DNA from: the human T2T-CHM13v2.0 reference genome, Homo sapiens
Direction: 5' to 3' (one strand)
NCBI RefSeq assembly: GCF_009914755.1
Contig: NC_060939.1
DNA length: 64,000 nucleotides
Shown here one piece after another: positions 11,401 to 24,300 of this stretch (positions are counted from its first letter, which is position 1; each line of letters opens with the position of its first letter). Below the pieces are notes generated by a model. The model was not told the DNA's origin and made no database searches. It saw only the letters and a program-made list of their open reading frames with translations. The position numbers and the translations under genes were made by a program.

Positions 11401-14400
11401 CATTCAGTTCCATTCCATTCTGTTCCATTCCATTCCGTTCCATTACATTCCATTCCATTCGGTACCATTCCATATTGTTCCATTCGATTCCATTCGAATC
11501 CATTCCATTCCAGTCCATTCCATTCGATTCCATTCCATTCATTTCAATTCCATTCCATTCCATTCCATTACATTCCACTTGATTCCTCTCCATTCCCTTC
11601 CACTGCATTCCGTTCGATTCCATTCCATTGCATTGCATTCCATTCCATTGGATTGCATTCCATTCGATTCCATTCCATTCGAATCAATTACATAGCAATC
11701 CATTACATTCGAGTCTATTCTCTTCCGTTCCATTCGATTTCGTTCCAATCCATTCGATTCCATTCCATTCGATTCCATTCCATACTATTGCATTCCATTC
11801 GATTACATTATATTCGAATAAGTTCCATTCAAGACCATTTCTTTTGAGTCCATTCCCTTTGATTCCATAACATTTGAGTCCATTCAATTCCATTCCTTTC
11901 GTTTCCATTCCATTTGATGCCATTCCATTCAATTCTGTTCTACTCGACTCCAATACATTCAATTCCATTCCATCCGATTCCATTACATTCTTTTCATTTC
12001 TTATCCATTTCAAGCCATTCCACTCCATTCCATTCCACTCGTTTCCTTTCCATTCGAGTCCATTCCTCTCCAGTCCATTCCGTTCAATCCATTCCATTCC
12101 AGTCCATTCCATTCGAGTCCGTTCCATTCCAGTCCATTCCATTCGAGTCAATTCCATTCCATTCGATGTCTTTCCATAACGATCCATTCCATTCTATTCC
12201 TTTCGATTCCATTCCATTCTATTTCATTCCATTCGATTCCCTTCCATTGGACTCCTTTCCATTCGAGTGCATTCCATTCCGTTCCATTTCTTTCCGTTCT
12301 GTACGATTCCTACCGTTCGATTTCATTTTGTTCCAGTCCATTCTTTCGCGTCCATTCATTCCATTTCACTCCATTCGATTCCATTCCACTCGATTCCACT
12401 TCGTTCCATTTCATTGCATTCCATTCTATTCAACTCTATTGCCTTCCATTCCATTCCATTCGATTACATTCCATGCGATTCCATTCAAAATCGAATCAAT
12501 TACATTGCAATCCATTACTATTGAGTCCGTTTTATTCCAGTCCACTGCATTCTGGTCCATTCCATTTGATTCCATTCCATTCTATTCCATTCCATACAGT
12601 TGCATTCCATTGGATTCCATGCTATATCTATAAATTCAATTCGAGACCATTGCTTTTGAGTCCATTCTATATGATTCCATTCCATTCAAGTCCATTACAT
12701 TTGGTTAAATTCCATTCCATTCGGTTCAATTCCATTCCATTCCATTCCCTTCCATTCCATTCCAGTTGATATCAATCCATTCGATTCCATTCCATTCGAG
12801 CACATTCCATTCGAGTCCATTCCATTCGATGCCATTCCATTTGATTCTATTCCATTAGTCTCCATTCAATTCCATTAATCTCCATTCCATTCCATTCTAC
12901 TCCAACTGATTCCATTCCATTCTATTCCTTTCCATTCCATTTCATTCCATTCCATTCCATTCCATTCCATTCCATTCCATTCCATTCCATTCGTGTCCAT
13001 TCCACTCCAGTCCATTCCATTCGTATCCATTCCATTCCAGTCCATTCCATTTGTGTCCACTGCATTCCATTCCACTCCATTCCATATTATTCCATTACAC
13101 TCCATTCCATTCTATTACTTTCCTTTCCATTCAATTCCATTCCATTTGATTCCATTCCACTCGGTTTCATTCCATTTGAGTCCACTCCATTCCATTCCAT
13201 TCCATTCAGTTCCATTCCATTCTGTTCCATTCCATTCCGTTCCATTACATTCCATTCCATTCGGTACCATTCCATATTGTTCCATTCGATTCCATTCGAA
13301 TCCATTCCATTCCAGTCCATTCCATTCGATTCCATTCCATTCATTTCAATTCCATTCCATTCCATTCCATTACATTCCACTTGATTCCTCTCCATTCCCT
13401 TCCACTGCATTCCGTTCGATTCCATTCCATTGCATTGCATTCCATTCCATTGGATTGCATTCCATTCGATTCCATTCCATTCGAATCAATTACATAGCAA
13501 TCCATTACATTCGAGTCTATTCTCTTCCGTTCCATTCGATTTCGTTCCAATCCATTCGATTCCATTCCATTCGATTCCATTCCATACTATTGCATTCCAT
13601 TCGATTACATTATATTCGAATAAGTTCCATTCAAGACCATTTCTTTTGAGTCCATTCTATTTGAGTCCATTCCCTTTGATTCCATAACATTTGAGTCCAT
13701 TCAATTCCATTCCTTTCGTTTCCATTCCATTTGATGCCATTCCATTCAATTCTGTTCTACTCGACTCCAATACATTCAATTCCATTCCATCCGATTCCAT
13801 TACATTCTTTTCATTTCTTATCCATTTCAAGCCATTCCACTCCATTCCATTCCACTCGTTTCCTTTCCATTCGAGTCCATTCCTCTCCAGTCCATTCCGT
13901 TCAATCCATTCCATTCCAGTCCATTCCATTCGAGTCCGTTCCATTCCAGTCCATTCCATTCGAGTCAATTCCATTCCATTCGATGTCTTTCCATAACGAT
14001 CCATTCCATTCTATTCCTTTCGATTCCATTCCATTCTATTTCATTCCATTCGATTCCCTTCCATTGGACTCCTTTCCATTCGAGTGCATTCCATTCCGTT
14101 CCATTTCTTTCCGTTCTGTACGATTCCTACCGTTCGATTTCATTTTGTTCCAGTCCATTCCTTTCGCGTCCATTCCATTCCATTTCACTCCATTCGATTC
14201 CATTCCACTCGATTCCACTTCGTTCCATTTCATTGCATTCCATTCTATTCAACTCTATTGCCTTCCATTCCATTCCATTCGATTACATTCCATGCGATTC
14301 CATTCGAAATCGAATCAATTACATTGCAAACCATTACTATTGAGTCCGTTTTATTCCAGTCCACTGCATTCTGGTCCATTCCATTTGATTCCATTCCATT

Positions 14401-15129
14401 CTATTCCATTCCATACAGTTGCATTCCATTGGATTCCATGCTATATCTATAAATTCAATTCGAGACCATTGCTTTTGAGTCCATTCTATATGATTCCATT
14501 CCATTCAAGTCCATTACATTTGGTTCAATTCCATTCCATTCCATTCCCTTTCATTCCATTCCATTTGATATCAATCCATTCGATTCCATTCCATTCGAGC
14601 ACATTCCATTCGAGTCCATTCCATTCGATGCCATTCCATTTGATTCTATTCCATTAGTCTCCATTCAATTCCATTAATCTCCATTCCATTCCATTCTACT
14701 CCTACTGATTCCATTCCAATCTATTCCTTTCCATTCCATTTCATTCCATTCCATTCCATTTCATTCCATTCCATTCCATTCGTGTCCATTCCACTCCAGT
14801 CCATTCCATTCGTGTCCATTCCATTCCAGTCCATTCCATTTGTGTCCACTGCATTCCATTCCACTCCATTCCATATTATTCCATTACACTCCATTCCATT
14901 CTATTACTTTCATTTCCATTCAATTCCATTCCATTTGATTCCATTCCACTCGGTTTCATTCCATTTGAGTCCACTCCATTCCATTCCATTCCATTCAGTT
15001 CCATTCCATTCTGTTCCATTCCATTCCGTTCCATTACATTCCATTCCATTCGGTACCATTCCATATTGTTCCATTCGATTCCATTCGAATCCATTCCATT
15101 CCAGTCCATTCCATTCGATTCCATTCCAT

Positions 15130-18100
15130 TCCTTTCAATTCCATTCCATTCCATTCCATTCCACTTGATTCCACTCCATTCCCTTCCACTGCATTCCATT
15201 GCATTGCATTCCATTCCATTGGACTGCATTCCATTCGATTCCATTCCATTCGAATCAATTACATAGCAATCCATTACATTCGAGTCTATTCTATTCCGTT
15301 ACATTCGATTTCGTTCCAATCCATTCGATTCCATTCCATTCGATTCCATTCCATACTATTGCATTCCATTCTATTACATTATATTCGAATAAGTTCCATT
15401 CAAGACCATTTCTTTTGAGTCCATTCTATTTGAGTCCATTCCCTTTGATTCCATAACATTTGAGTCCATTCAATTCCATTCCTTTCGTTTCCTTTCCATT
15501 TGATGCCATTCCATTCAATTCTGTTCTACTCGACTCCAATACATTCAATTCCATTCCATCCGATTCCATTACATTCTTTTCATTTCTTATCCATTTCAAG
15601 CCATTCCACTCCATTCCATTCCACTCGTTTCCTTTCCATTCGAGTCCATTCCTCTCCAGTCCATTCCGTTCAATCCATTCCATTCCAGTCCATTCCATTC
15701 GAGTCCGTTCCATTCCAGTCCATTCGATTCGAGTCAATTCCATTCCATTCGATGTCTTTCCATAACGATCCATTCCATTCTATTCCTTTCGATTCCATTC
15801 CATTCTATTTCATTCCATTCGATTCCCTTCCATTGGACTCCTTTCCATTCGAGTGCATTCCATTCCGTTCCATTTCTTTCCGTTCTGTACGATTCCTACC
15901 GTTCGATTTCATTTTCTTCCAGTCCATTCTTTCGCGTCCATTCCATTCCATTTCACTCCATTCGATTCCATTCCACTCGATTCCACTTCGTTCCATTTCA
16001 TTGCATTCCATTCTATTCAACTCTATTGCCTTTCATTCCATTCCATTCGATTACATTCCATGCGATTCCATTCGAAATCGAATCAATTACATTGCAATCC
16101 ATTACTATTGAGTCCGTTTTATTCCAGTCCACTGCATTCTGGTCCATTCCATTTGAATCCATTCCATTCTATTCCATTCCATACAGTTGCATTCCATTGG
16201 ATTCCATGCTATATCTATAAATTCAATTCGAGACCATTGCTTTTGAGTCCATTCTATATGATTCCATTCCATTCAAGTCCATTACATTTGGTTCAATTCC
16301 ATTCCATTCGGTTCAATTCCATTCCATTCCATTCCCTTCCATTCCATTCCAGTTGATATCAATCCATTCGATTCCATTCCATTCGAGCACATTCCATTCG
16401 AGTCCATTCCATTCGATGCCATTCCATTTGATTCTATTCCATTAGTCTCCTTTCAATTCCATTAATCTCCATTCCATTCCATTCTACTCCAACTGATTCC
16501 ATTCCATTCTATTCCTTTCCATTCCATTTCATTCCATTCCATTCCATTCCATTCGTGTCCATTCCACTCCAGTCCATTCCATTCGTATCCATTCCATTCC
16601 AGTCCATTCCATTTGTGTCCACTGCATTCCATTCCACTCCATTCCATATTATTCCATTACACTCCATTCCATTCTATTACTTTCATTTCCATTCAATTCC
16701 ATTCCATTTGATTCCATTCCACTCGGTTTCATTCCATTTGAGTCCACTCCATTCCATTCCATTCCATTCAGTTCCATTCGATTCTGTTCCATTCCATTCC
16801 GTTCCGTTACATTCCATTCCATTCGGTACCATTCCATATTGTTCCATTCGATTCCATTCGAATCCGTTCCATTCCAGTCCATTCCATTCGATTCCATTCC
16901 ATTCATTTCAATTCCATTCCATTCCATTCCATTACATTCCACTTGATTCCTCTCCATTCCCTTCCACTGCATTCCGTTCGATTCCATTCCATTGCATTGC
17001 ATTCCATTCCATTGGATTGCATTCCATTCGATTCCATTCCATTCGAATCAATTACATAGCAATCCATTACATTCGAGTCTATTCTCTTCCGTTCCATTCG
17101 ATTTCGTTCCAATCCATTCGATTCCATTCCATTCGATTCCATTCCATACTATTGCATTCCATTCGATTACATTATATTCGAATAAGTTCCATTCAAGACC
17201 ATTTCTTTTGAGTCCATTCTATTTGAGTCCATTCCCTTTGATTCCATAACATTTGAGTCCATTCAATTCCATTCCTTTCGTTTCCATTCCATTTGATGCC
17301 ATTCCATTCAATTCTGTTCTACTCGACTCCAATACATTCAATTCCATTCCATCCGATTCCATTACATTCTTTTCATTTCTTATCCATTTCAAGCCATTCC
17401 ACTCCATTCCATTCCACTCGTTTCCTTTCCATTCGAGTCCATTCCTCTCCAGTCCATTCCGTTCAATCCATTCCATTCCAGTCCATTCCATTCGAGTCCG
17501 TTCCATTCCAGTCCATTCCATTCGAGTCAATTCCATTCCATTCGATGTCTTTCCATAACGATCCATTCCATTCTATTACTTTCGATTCCATTCCATTCTA
17601 TTTCATTCCATTCGATTCCCTTCCATTGGACTCCTTTCCATTCGAGTGCATTCCATTCCGTTCCATTTCTTTCCGTTCTGTACGATTCCTACCGTTCGAT
17701 TTCATTTTGTTCCAGTCCATTCCTTTCGCGTCCATTCCATTCCATTTCACTCCATTCGATTCCATTCCACTCGATTCCACTTCATTCCATTTCATTGCAT
17801 TCCATTCTATTCAACTCTATTGCCTTCCATTCCATTCCATTCGATTACATTCCATGCGATTCCATTCGAAATCGAATCAATTACATTGCAATCCATTACT
17901 ATTGAGTCCATTTTATTCCAGTCCACTGCATTCTGGTCCATTCCATTTGATTCCATTCCATTCTATTCCATTCCATACAGTTGCATTCCATTGAACTCCA
18001 TTGTATATCTATAAATTCAATTCGAGACCATTGCTTTTGAGTCCATTCTATATGATTCCATTCCATTCAAGTCCATTACATTTGGTTCAATTCCATTCCA

Positions 18101-21100
18101 TTCCATTCCCTTCCATTCCATTCCAGTTGATATCAATCCATTCGATTCCATTCCATTCGAGCACATTCCATTCGAGTCCATTCCATTCGATGCCATTCCA
18201 TTTGATTCTATTCCATTAGTCTCCATTCAATTCCATTAATCTCCATTCCATTCCATTCTACTCCAACTGATTCCATTCCATTCTATTCCTTTCCATTCCA
18301 TTTCATTCCATTCCATTCCATTTCATTCCATTCCATTCCATTCCATTCCATTCGCTTCCATTCCATTCGTGTCCATTGCATTCCAGTCCATTCCATTTGT
18401 GTCCACTGCATTCCATTCCACTCCATTCCATATTATTCCATTACACTCCATTCCATTCTATTACTTTCATTTCCATTGAATTCCATTCCATTTGATTCCA
18501 TTCCACTCGGTTTCATTCCATTTGAGTCCCCTCCACTCCATTCCATTCCATTCCATTCCATTCAGTTCCATTCCATTCTGTTCCATTCCATTCCGTTCCA
18601 TTGCATTCCATTCCATTCGGTACCATTCCATATTGTTCCATTCGATTCCATTCGAATCCATTCCATTCCAGTCCATTCCATTCGATTCCATTCCATTCCT
18701 TTCAATTCCATTCCATTCCATTCCATTCCACTTGATTCCACTCCATTCCCTTCCACTGCATTCCATTGCATTGCATTCCATTCCATTGGACTGCATTCCA
18801 TTCGATTCCATTCCATTCGAATCAATTACATAGCAATCCATTACATTCGAGTCTATTCTATTCCGTTCCATTCGATTTCGTTCCAATCCATTCGATTCCA
18901 TTCCATTCGATTCCATTCCATACTATTGCATTCCATTCTATTACATTATATTCGAATAAGTTCCATTCAAGACCATTTCTTTTGAGTCCATTCTATTTGA
19001 GTCCATTCCCTTTGATTCCATAACATTTGAGTCCATTCAATTCCATTCCTTTCGTTTCCTTTCCATTTGATGCCATTCCATTCAATTCTGTTCTACTCGA
19101 CTCCAATACATTCAATTCCATTCCATCCGATTCCATTACATTCTTTTCATTTCTTATCCATTTCAAGCCATTCCACTCCATTCCATTCCACTCGTTTCCT
19201 TTCCATTCGAGTCCATTCCTCTCCAGTCCATTCCGTTCAATCCATTCCATTCCAGTCCATTCCATTCGAGTCCGTTCCATTCCAGTCCATTCGATTCGAG
19301 TCAATTCCATTCCATTCGATGTCTTTCCATAACGATCCATTCCATTCTATTCCTTTCGATTCCATTCCATTCTATTTCATTCCATTCGATTCCCTTCCAT
19401 TGGACTCCTTTCCATTCGAGTGCATTCCATTCCGTTCCATTTCTTTCCGTTCTGTACGATTCCTACCGTTCGATTTCATTTTCTTCCAGTCCATTCTTTC
19501 GCGTCCATTCCATTCCATTTCACTCCATTCGATTCCATTCCACTCGATTCCACTTCGTTCCATTTCATTGCATTCCATTCTATTCAACTCTATTGCCTTT
19601 CATTCCATTCCATTCGATTACATTCCATGCGATTCCATTCGAAATCGAATCAATTACATTGCAATCCATTACTATTGAGTCCGTTTTATTCCAGTCCACT
19701 GCATTCTGGTCCATTCCATTTGAATCCATTCCATTCTATTCCATTCCATACAGTTGCATTCCATTGGATTCCATGCTATATCTATAAATTCAATTCGAGA
19801 CCATTGCTTTTGAGTCCATTCTATATGATTCCATTCCATTCAAGTCCATTACATTTGGTTCAATTCCATTCCATTCGGTTCAATTCCATTCCATTCCATT
19901 CCCTTCCATTCCATTCCAGTTGATATCAATCCATTCGATTCCATTCCATTCGAGCACATTCCATTCGAGTCCATTCCATTCGATGCCATTCCATTTGATT
20001 CTATTCCATTAGTCTCCTTTCAATTCCATTAATCTCCATTCCATTCCATTCTACTCCAACTGATTCCATTCCATTCTATTCCTTTCCATTCCATTTCATT
20101 CCATTCCATTCCATTCCATTCGTGTCCATTCCACTCCAGTCCATTCCATTCGTATCCATTCCATTCCAGTCCATTCCATTTGTGTCCACTGCATTCCATT
20201 CCACTCCATTCCATATTATTCCATTACACTCCATTCCATTCTATTACTTTCATTTCCATTCAATTCCATTCCATTTGATTCCATTCCACTCGGTTTCATT
20301 CCATTTGAGTCCACTCCATTCCATTCCATTCCATTCAGTTCCATTCGATTCTGTTCCATTCCATTCCGTTCCGTTACATTCCATTCCATTCGGTACCATT
20401 CCATATTGTTCCATTCGATTCCATTCGAATCCGTTCCATTCCAGTCCATTCCATTCGATTCCATTCCATTCATTTCAATTCCATTCCATTCCATTCCATT
20501 ACATTCCACTTGATTCCTCTCCATTCCCTTCCACTGCATTCCGTTCGATTCCATTCCATTGCATTGCATTCCATTCCATTGGATTGCATTCCATTCGATT
20601 CCATTCCATTCGAATCAATTACATAGCAATCCATTACATTCGAGTCTATTCTCTTCCGTTCCATTCGATTTCGTTCCAATCCATTCGATTCCATTCCATT
20701 CGATTCCATTCCATACTATTGCATTCCATTCTATTACATTATATTCGAATAAGTTCCATTCAAGACCATTTCTTTTGAGTCCATTCTATTTGAGTCCATT
20801 CCCTTTGATTCCATAACATTTGAGTCCATTCAATTCCATTCCTTTCGTTTCCATTCCATTTGATGCCATTCCATTCAATTCTGTTCTACTCGACTCCAAT
20901 ACATTCAATTCCATTCCATCCGATTCCATTACATTCTTTTCATTTCTTATCCATTTCAAGCCATTCCACTCCATTCCATTCCACTCGTTTCCTTTCCATT
21001 CGAGTCCATTCCTCTCCAGTCCATTCCGTTCAATCCATTCCATTCCAGTCCATTCCATTCGAGTCCGTTCCATTCCAGTCCATTCCATTCGAGTCAATTC

Positions 21101-21340
21101 CATTCCATTCGATGTCTTTCCATAACGATCCATTCCATTCTATTACTTTCGATTCCATTCCATTCTATTTCATTCCATTCGATTCCCTTCCATTGGACTC
21201 CTTTCCATTCGAGTGCATTCCATTCCGTTCCATTTCTTTCCGTTCTGTACGATTCCTACCGTTCGATTTCATTTTGTTCCAGTCCATTCCTTTCGCGTCC
21301 ATTCCATTCCATTTCACTCCATTCGATTCCATTCCACTCG
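15130..21340 (+). repeat. Local two-unit higher-order duplication, period 3567 bp
   Basis: Private variants recur at +3567: cattcgattcgagtc (15721/19288), tttgaatcc (~16152/~19719), gtctcctttcaa (~16445/~20012), the short 5-copy CATTC run (16530/20097) and tattactttc (~17574/~21141). Boundaries are approximate. Confidence 0.85.
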
Positions 21341-24300
21341 ATTCCACTTCGTTCCATTTCATTGCATTCCATTCTATTCAACTCTATTGCCTTCCATTCC
21401 ATTCCATTCGATTACATTCCATGCGATTCCATTCGAAATCGAATCAATTACATTGCAAACCATTACTATTGAGTCCGTTTTATTCCAGTCCACTGCATTC
21501 TGGTCCATTCCATTTGATTCCATTCCATTCTATTCCATTCCATACAGTTGCATTCCATTGGATTCCATGCTATATCTATAAATTCAATTCGAGACCATTG
21601 CTTTTGAGTCCATTCTATATGATTCCATTCCATTCAAGTCCATTACATTTGGTTCAATTCCATTCCATTCCATTCCCTTTCATTCCATTCCATTTGATAT
21701 CAATCCATTCTATTCCATTCCATTCGAGCACATTCCATTCGAGTCCATTCCATTCGATGCCATTCCATTTGATTCTATTCCATTAGTCTCCATTCAATTC
21801 CATTAATCTCCATTCCATTCCATTCTACTCCAACTGATTCCATTCCATTCTATTCCTTTCCATTCCATTTCATTCCATTCCATTCCATTTCATTCCATTC
21901 CATTCCATTCGTGTCCATTCCACTCCAGTCCATTCCATTCGTGTCCATTCCATTCCAGTCCATTCCATTTGTGTCCACTGCATTCCATTCCACTCCATTC
22001 CATATTATTCCATTACACTCCATTCCATTCTATTACTTTCATTTCCATTCAATTCCATTCCATTTGATTGCATTCCACTCGGTTTCATTCCATTTGAGTC
22101 CACTCCATTCCATTCCATTCCATTCCATTCAGTTCCATTCCATTCCGTTCCATTACATTCCATTCCATTCGGTACCATTCCATATTGTTCCATTCGATTC
22201 CATTCGAATCCATTCCATTCCAGTCCATTCCATTCGATTCCATTCCATTCATTTCAATTCCATTCCATTCCATTCCATTCCATTCCACTTGATTCCTCTC
22301 CATTCCCTTCCACTGCATTCCGTTCGATTCCATTCCATTGCATTGCATTCCATTCCATTGGATTGCATTCCATTCGATTCCATTCCATTCGAATCAATTA
22401 CATAGCAATCCATTACATTCGAGTCTATTCTCTTCCGTTCCATTCGATTTCGTTCCAATCCATTCGATTCCATTCCATTCGATTCCATTCCATACTATTG
22501 CATTCCATTCGATTACATTATATTCGAATAAGTTCCATTCAAGACCATTTCTTTTGAGTCCATTCTATTTGAGTCCATTCCCTTTGATTCCATAACATTT
22601 GAGTCCATTCAATTCCATTCCTTTCGTTTCCATTCCATTTGATGCCATTCCATTCAATTCTGTTCTACTCGACTCCAATACATTCAATTCCATTCCATCC
22701 GATTCCATTACATTCTTTTCATTTCTTATCCATTTCAAGCCATTCCACTCCATTCCATTCCACTCGTTTCCTTTCCATTCGAGTCCATTCCTCTCCAGTC
22801 CATTCCGTTCAATCCATTCCATTCCAGTCCATTCCATTCGAGTCCGTTCCATTCCAGTCCATTCCATTCGAGTCAATTCCATTCCATTCGATGTCTTTCC
22901 ATAACGATCCATTCCATTCTATTCCTTTCGATTCCATTCCATTCTATTTCATTCCATTCGATTCCCTTCCATTGGACTCCTTTCCATTCGAGTGCATTCC
23001 ATTCCGTTCCATTTCTTTCCGTTCTGTACGATTCCTACCGTTCGATTTCATTTTGTTCCAGTCCATTCCTTTCGCGTCCATTCCATTCCATTTCACTCCA
23101 TTCGATTCCATTCCACTCGATTCCACTTCGTTCCATTTCATTGCATTCCATTCTATTCAACTCTATTGCCTTCCATTCCATTCCATTCGATTACATTCCA
23201 TGCGATTCCATTCGAAATCGAATCAATTACATTGTATTCCATTACTATTGTGTCCGTTTTATTCCAGTCCACTGCATTCTGGTCCATTCCATTTGATTCC
23301 ATTCCATTCTATTCCATTCCATACAGTTGCATTCCATTGAACTCCATTGTATATCTATAAATTCAATTCGAGACCATTGCTTTTGAGTCCATTCTATATG
23401 ATTCCATTCCATTCAAGTCCATTACATTTGGTTCAATTCCATTCCATTCCATTCCCTTCCATTCCATTCCAGTTGATATCAATCCATTCGATTCCATTCC
23501 ATTCGAGCACATTCCATTCGAGTCCATTCCATTCGATGCCATTCCATTTGATTCTATTCCATTAGTCTCCATTCAATTCCATTAATCTCCATTCCATTCC
23601 ATTCTACTCCAACTGATTCCATTCCATTCTATTCCTTTCCATTCCATTTCATTCCATTCCATTCCATTTCATTCCATTCCATTCCATTCCATTCCATTCG
23701 CTTCCATTCCATTCGTGTCCATTGCATTCCAGTCCATTCCATTTGTGTCCACTGCATTCCATTCCACTCCATTCCATATTATTCCATTACACTCCATTCC
23801 ATTCTATTACTTTCATTTCCATTGAATTCCATTCCATTTGATTCCATTCCACTCGGTTTCATTCCATTTGAGTCCACTCCACTCCATTCCATTCCATTCC
23901 ATTCCATTCAGTTCCATTCCATTCTGTTCCATTCCATTCCGTTCCATTGCATTCCATTCCATTCGGTACCATTCCATATTGTTCCATTCGATTCCATTCG
24001 AATCCATTCCATTCCAGTCCATTCCATTCGATTCCATTCCATTCCTTTCAATTCCATTCCATTCCATTCCATTCCACTTGATTCCACTCCATTCCCTTCC
24101 ACTGCATTCCATTGCATTGCATTCCATTCCATTGGACTGCATTCCATTCGATTCCATTCCATTCGAATCAATTACATAGCAATCCATTACATTCGAGTCT
24201 ATTCTATTCCGTTCCATTCGATTTCGTTCCAATCCATTCGATTCCATTCCATTCGATTCCATTCCATACTATTGCATTCCATTCTATTACATTATATTCG

